Shown in pieces: positions 16,930 to 17,009 of a DNA stretch of 17,009 nucleotides (position 1 is the stretch's first letter; each line of letters starts with the position of its first letter). The position numbers and the translations under genes were made by a program. The DNA comes from Planctomycetota bacterium (GTDB lineage: Bacteria; Planctomycetota; GCA-002687715; DRQF01): assembly GCA_036479435.1 (NCBI GenBank), contig JAZGFI010000272.1:1-17009 (forward strand), given 5' to 3'. The notes below the pieces were generated by a model. It saw nothing but the letters and a program-made list of their open reading frames with translations. It made no database searches and was not told where the DNA came from.

Positions 16930-17009
16930 AAGATACCTCCTCTTTTGTTCCTGAGGAGTGATCGCAATGAAGAGCGTAGAAGTTGAGATGAGGGCGGCGT
17001 TGGCTGGCT

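Larger units (their letters stand above)
1..17009. mobile_element. Probable internal segment of a mobile element or defence island (ends not in window)
   Basis: Gene content typical of MGE cargo: DUF3560, stand-alone RadC/JAB, ParDE TA, tyrosine recombinase, type III and type IV restriction genes. No housekeeping genes. No att sites or conjugation genes visible. Confidence 0.55.

Noticed and set aside
1..17009. CRISPR array, tRNA/att site, IS element or integron attC array
   Set aside because: No regularly spaced repeats, cloverleaf, transposase or repeated attC-like sites were detected by eye.

Overview
High-GC bacterial accessory DNA that reads as part of a mobile element (ICE-, plasmid- or island-like) carrying a defence island. 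From left to right: (1) a structured non-coding region; (2) a translationally coupled DUF3560 - RadC/JAB - small ORF operon; (3) a minus-strand parD-parE toxin-antitoxin pair followed closely by an unannotated 348-aa gene with a PIN-nuclease-like acidic tetrad; (4) a divergent intergenic region holding a leaderless sigma70-type promoter with an operator palindrome and a dif-like tyrosine-recombinase site; (5) a small unknown ORF and a tyrosine recombinase; (6) an ~11-kb co-directional block of SNF2-like helicase (with a degenerate PLD-like N-terminus), DUF4391 protein, type III R-M Mod, type III Res and a GmrSD-type (DUF262-DUF1524) type IV nuclease; (7) a convergent hypothetical ORF at the right edge. 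No rRNA, tRNA or CRISPR array was seen. The best candidates for undescribed biology are the helicase-DUF4391-augmented type III R-M operon and the ParDE plus PIN-like three-gene module. All family calls come from motif recognition by eye; no searches were run.
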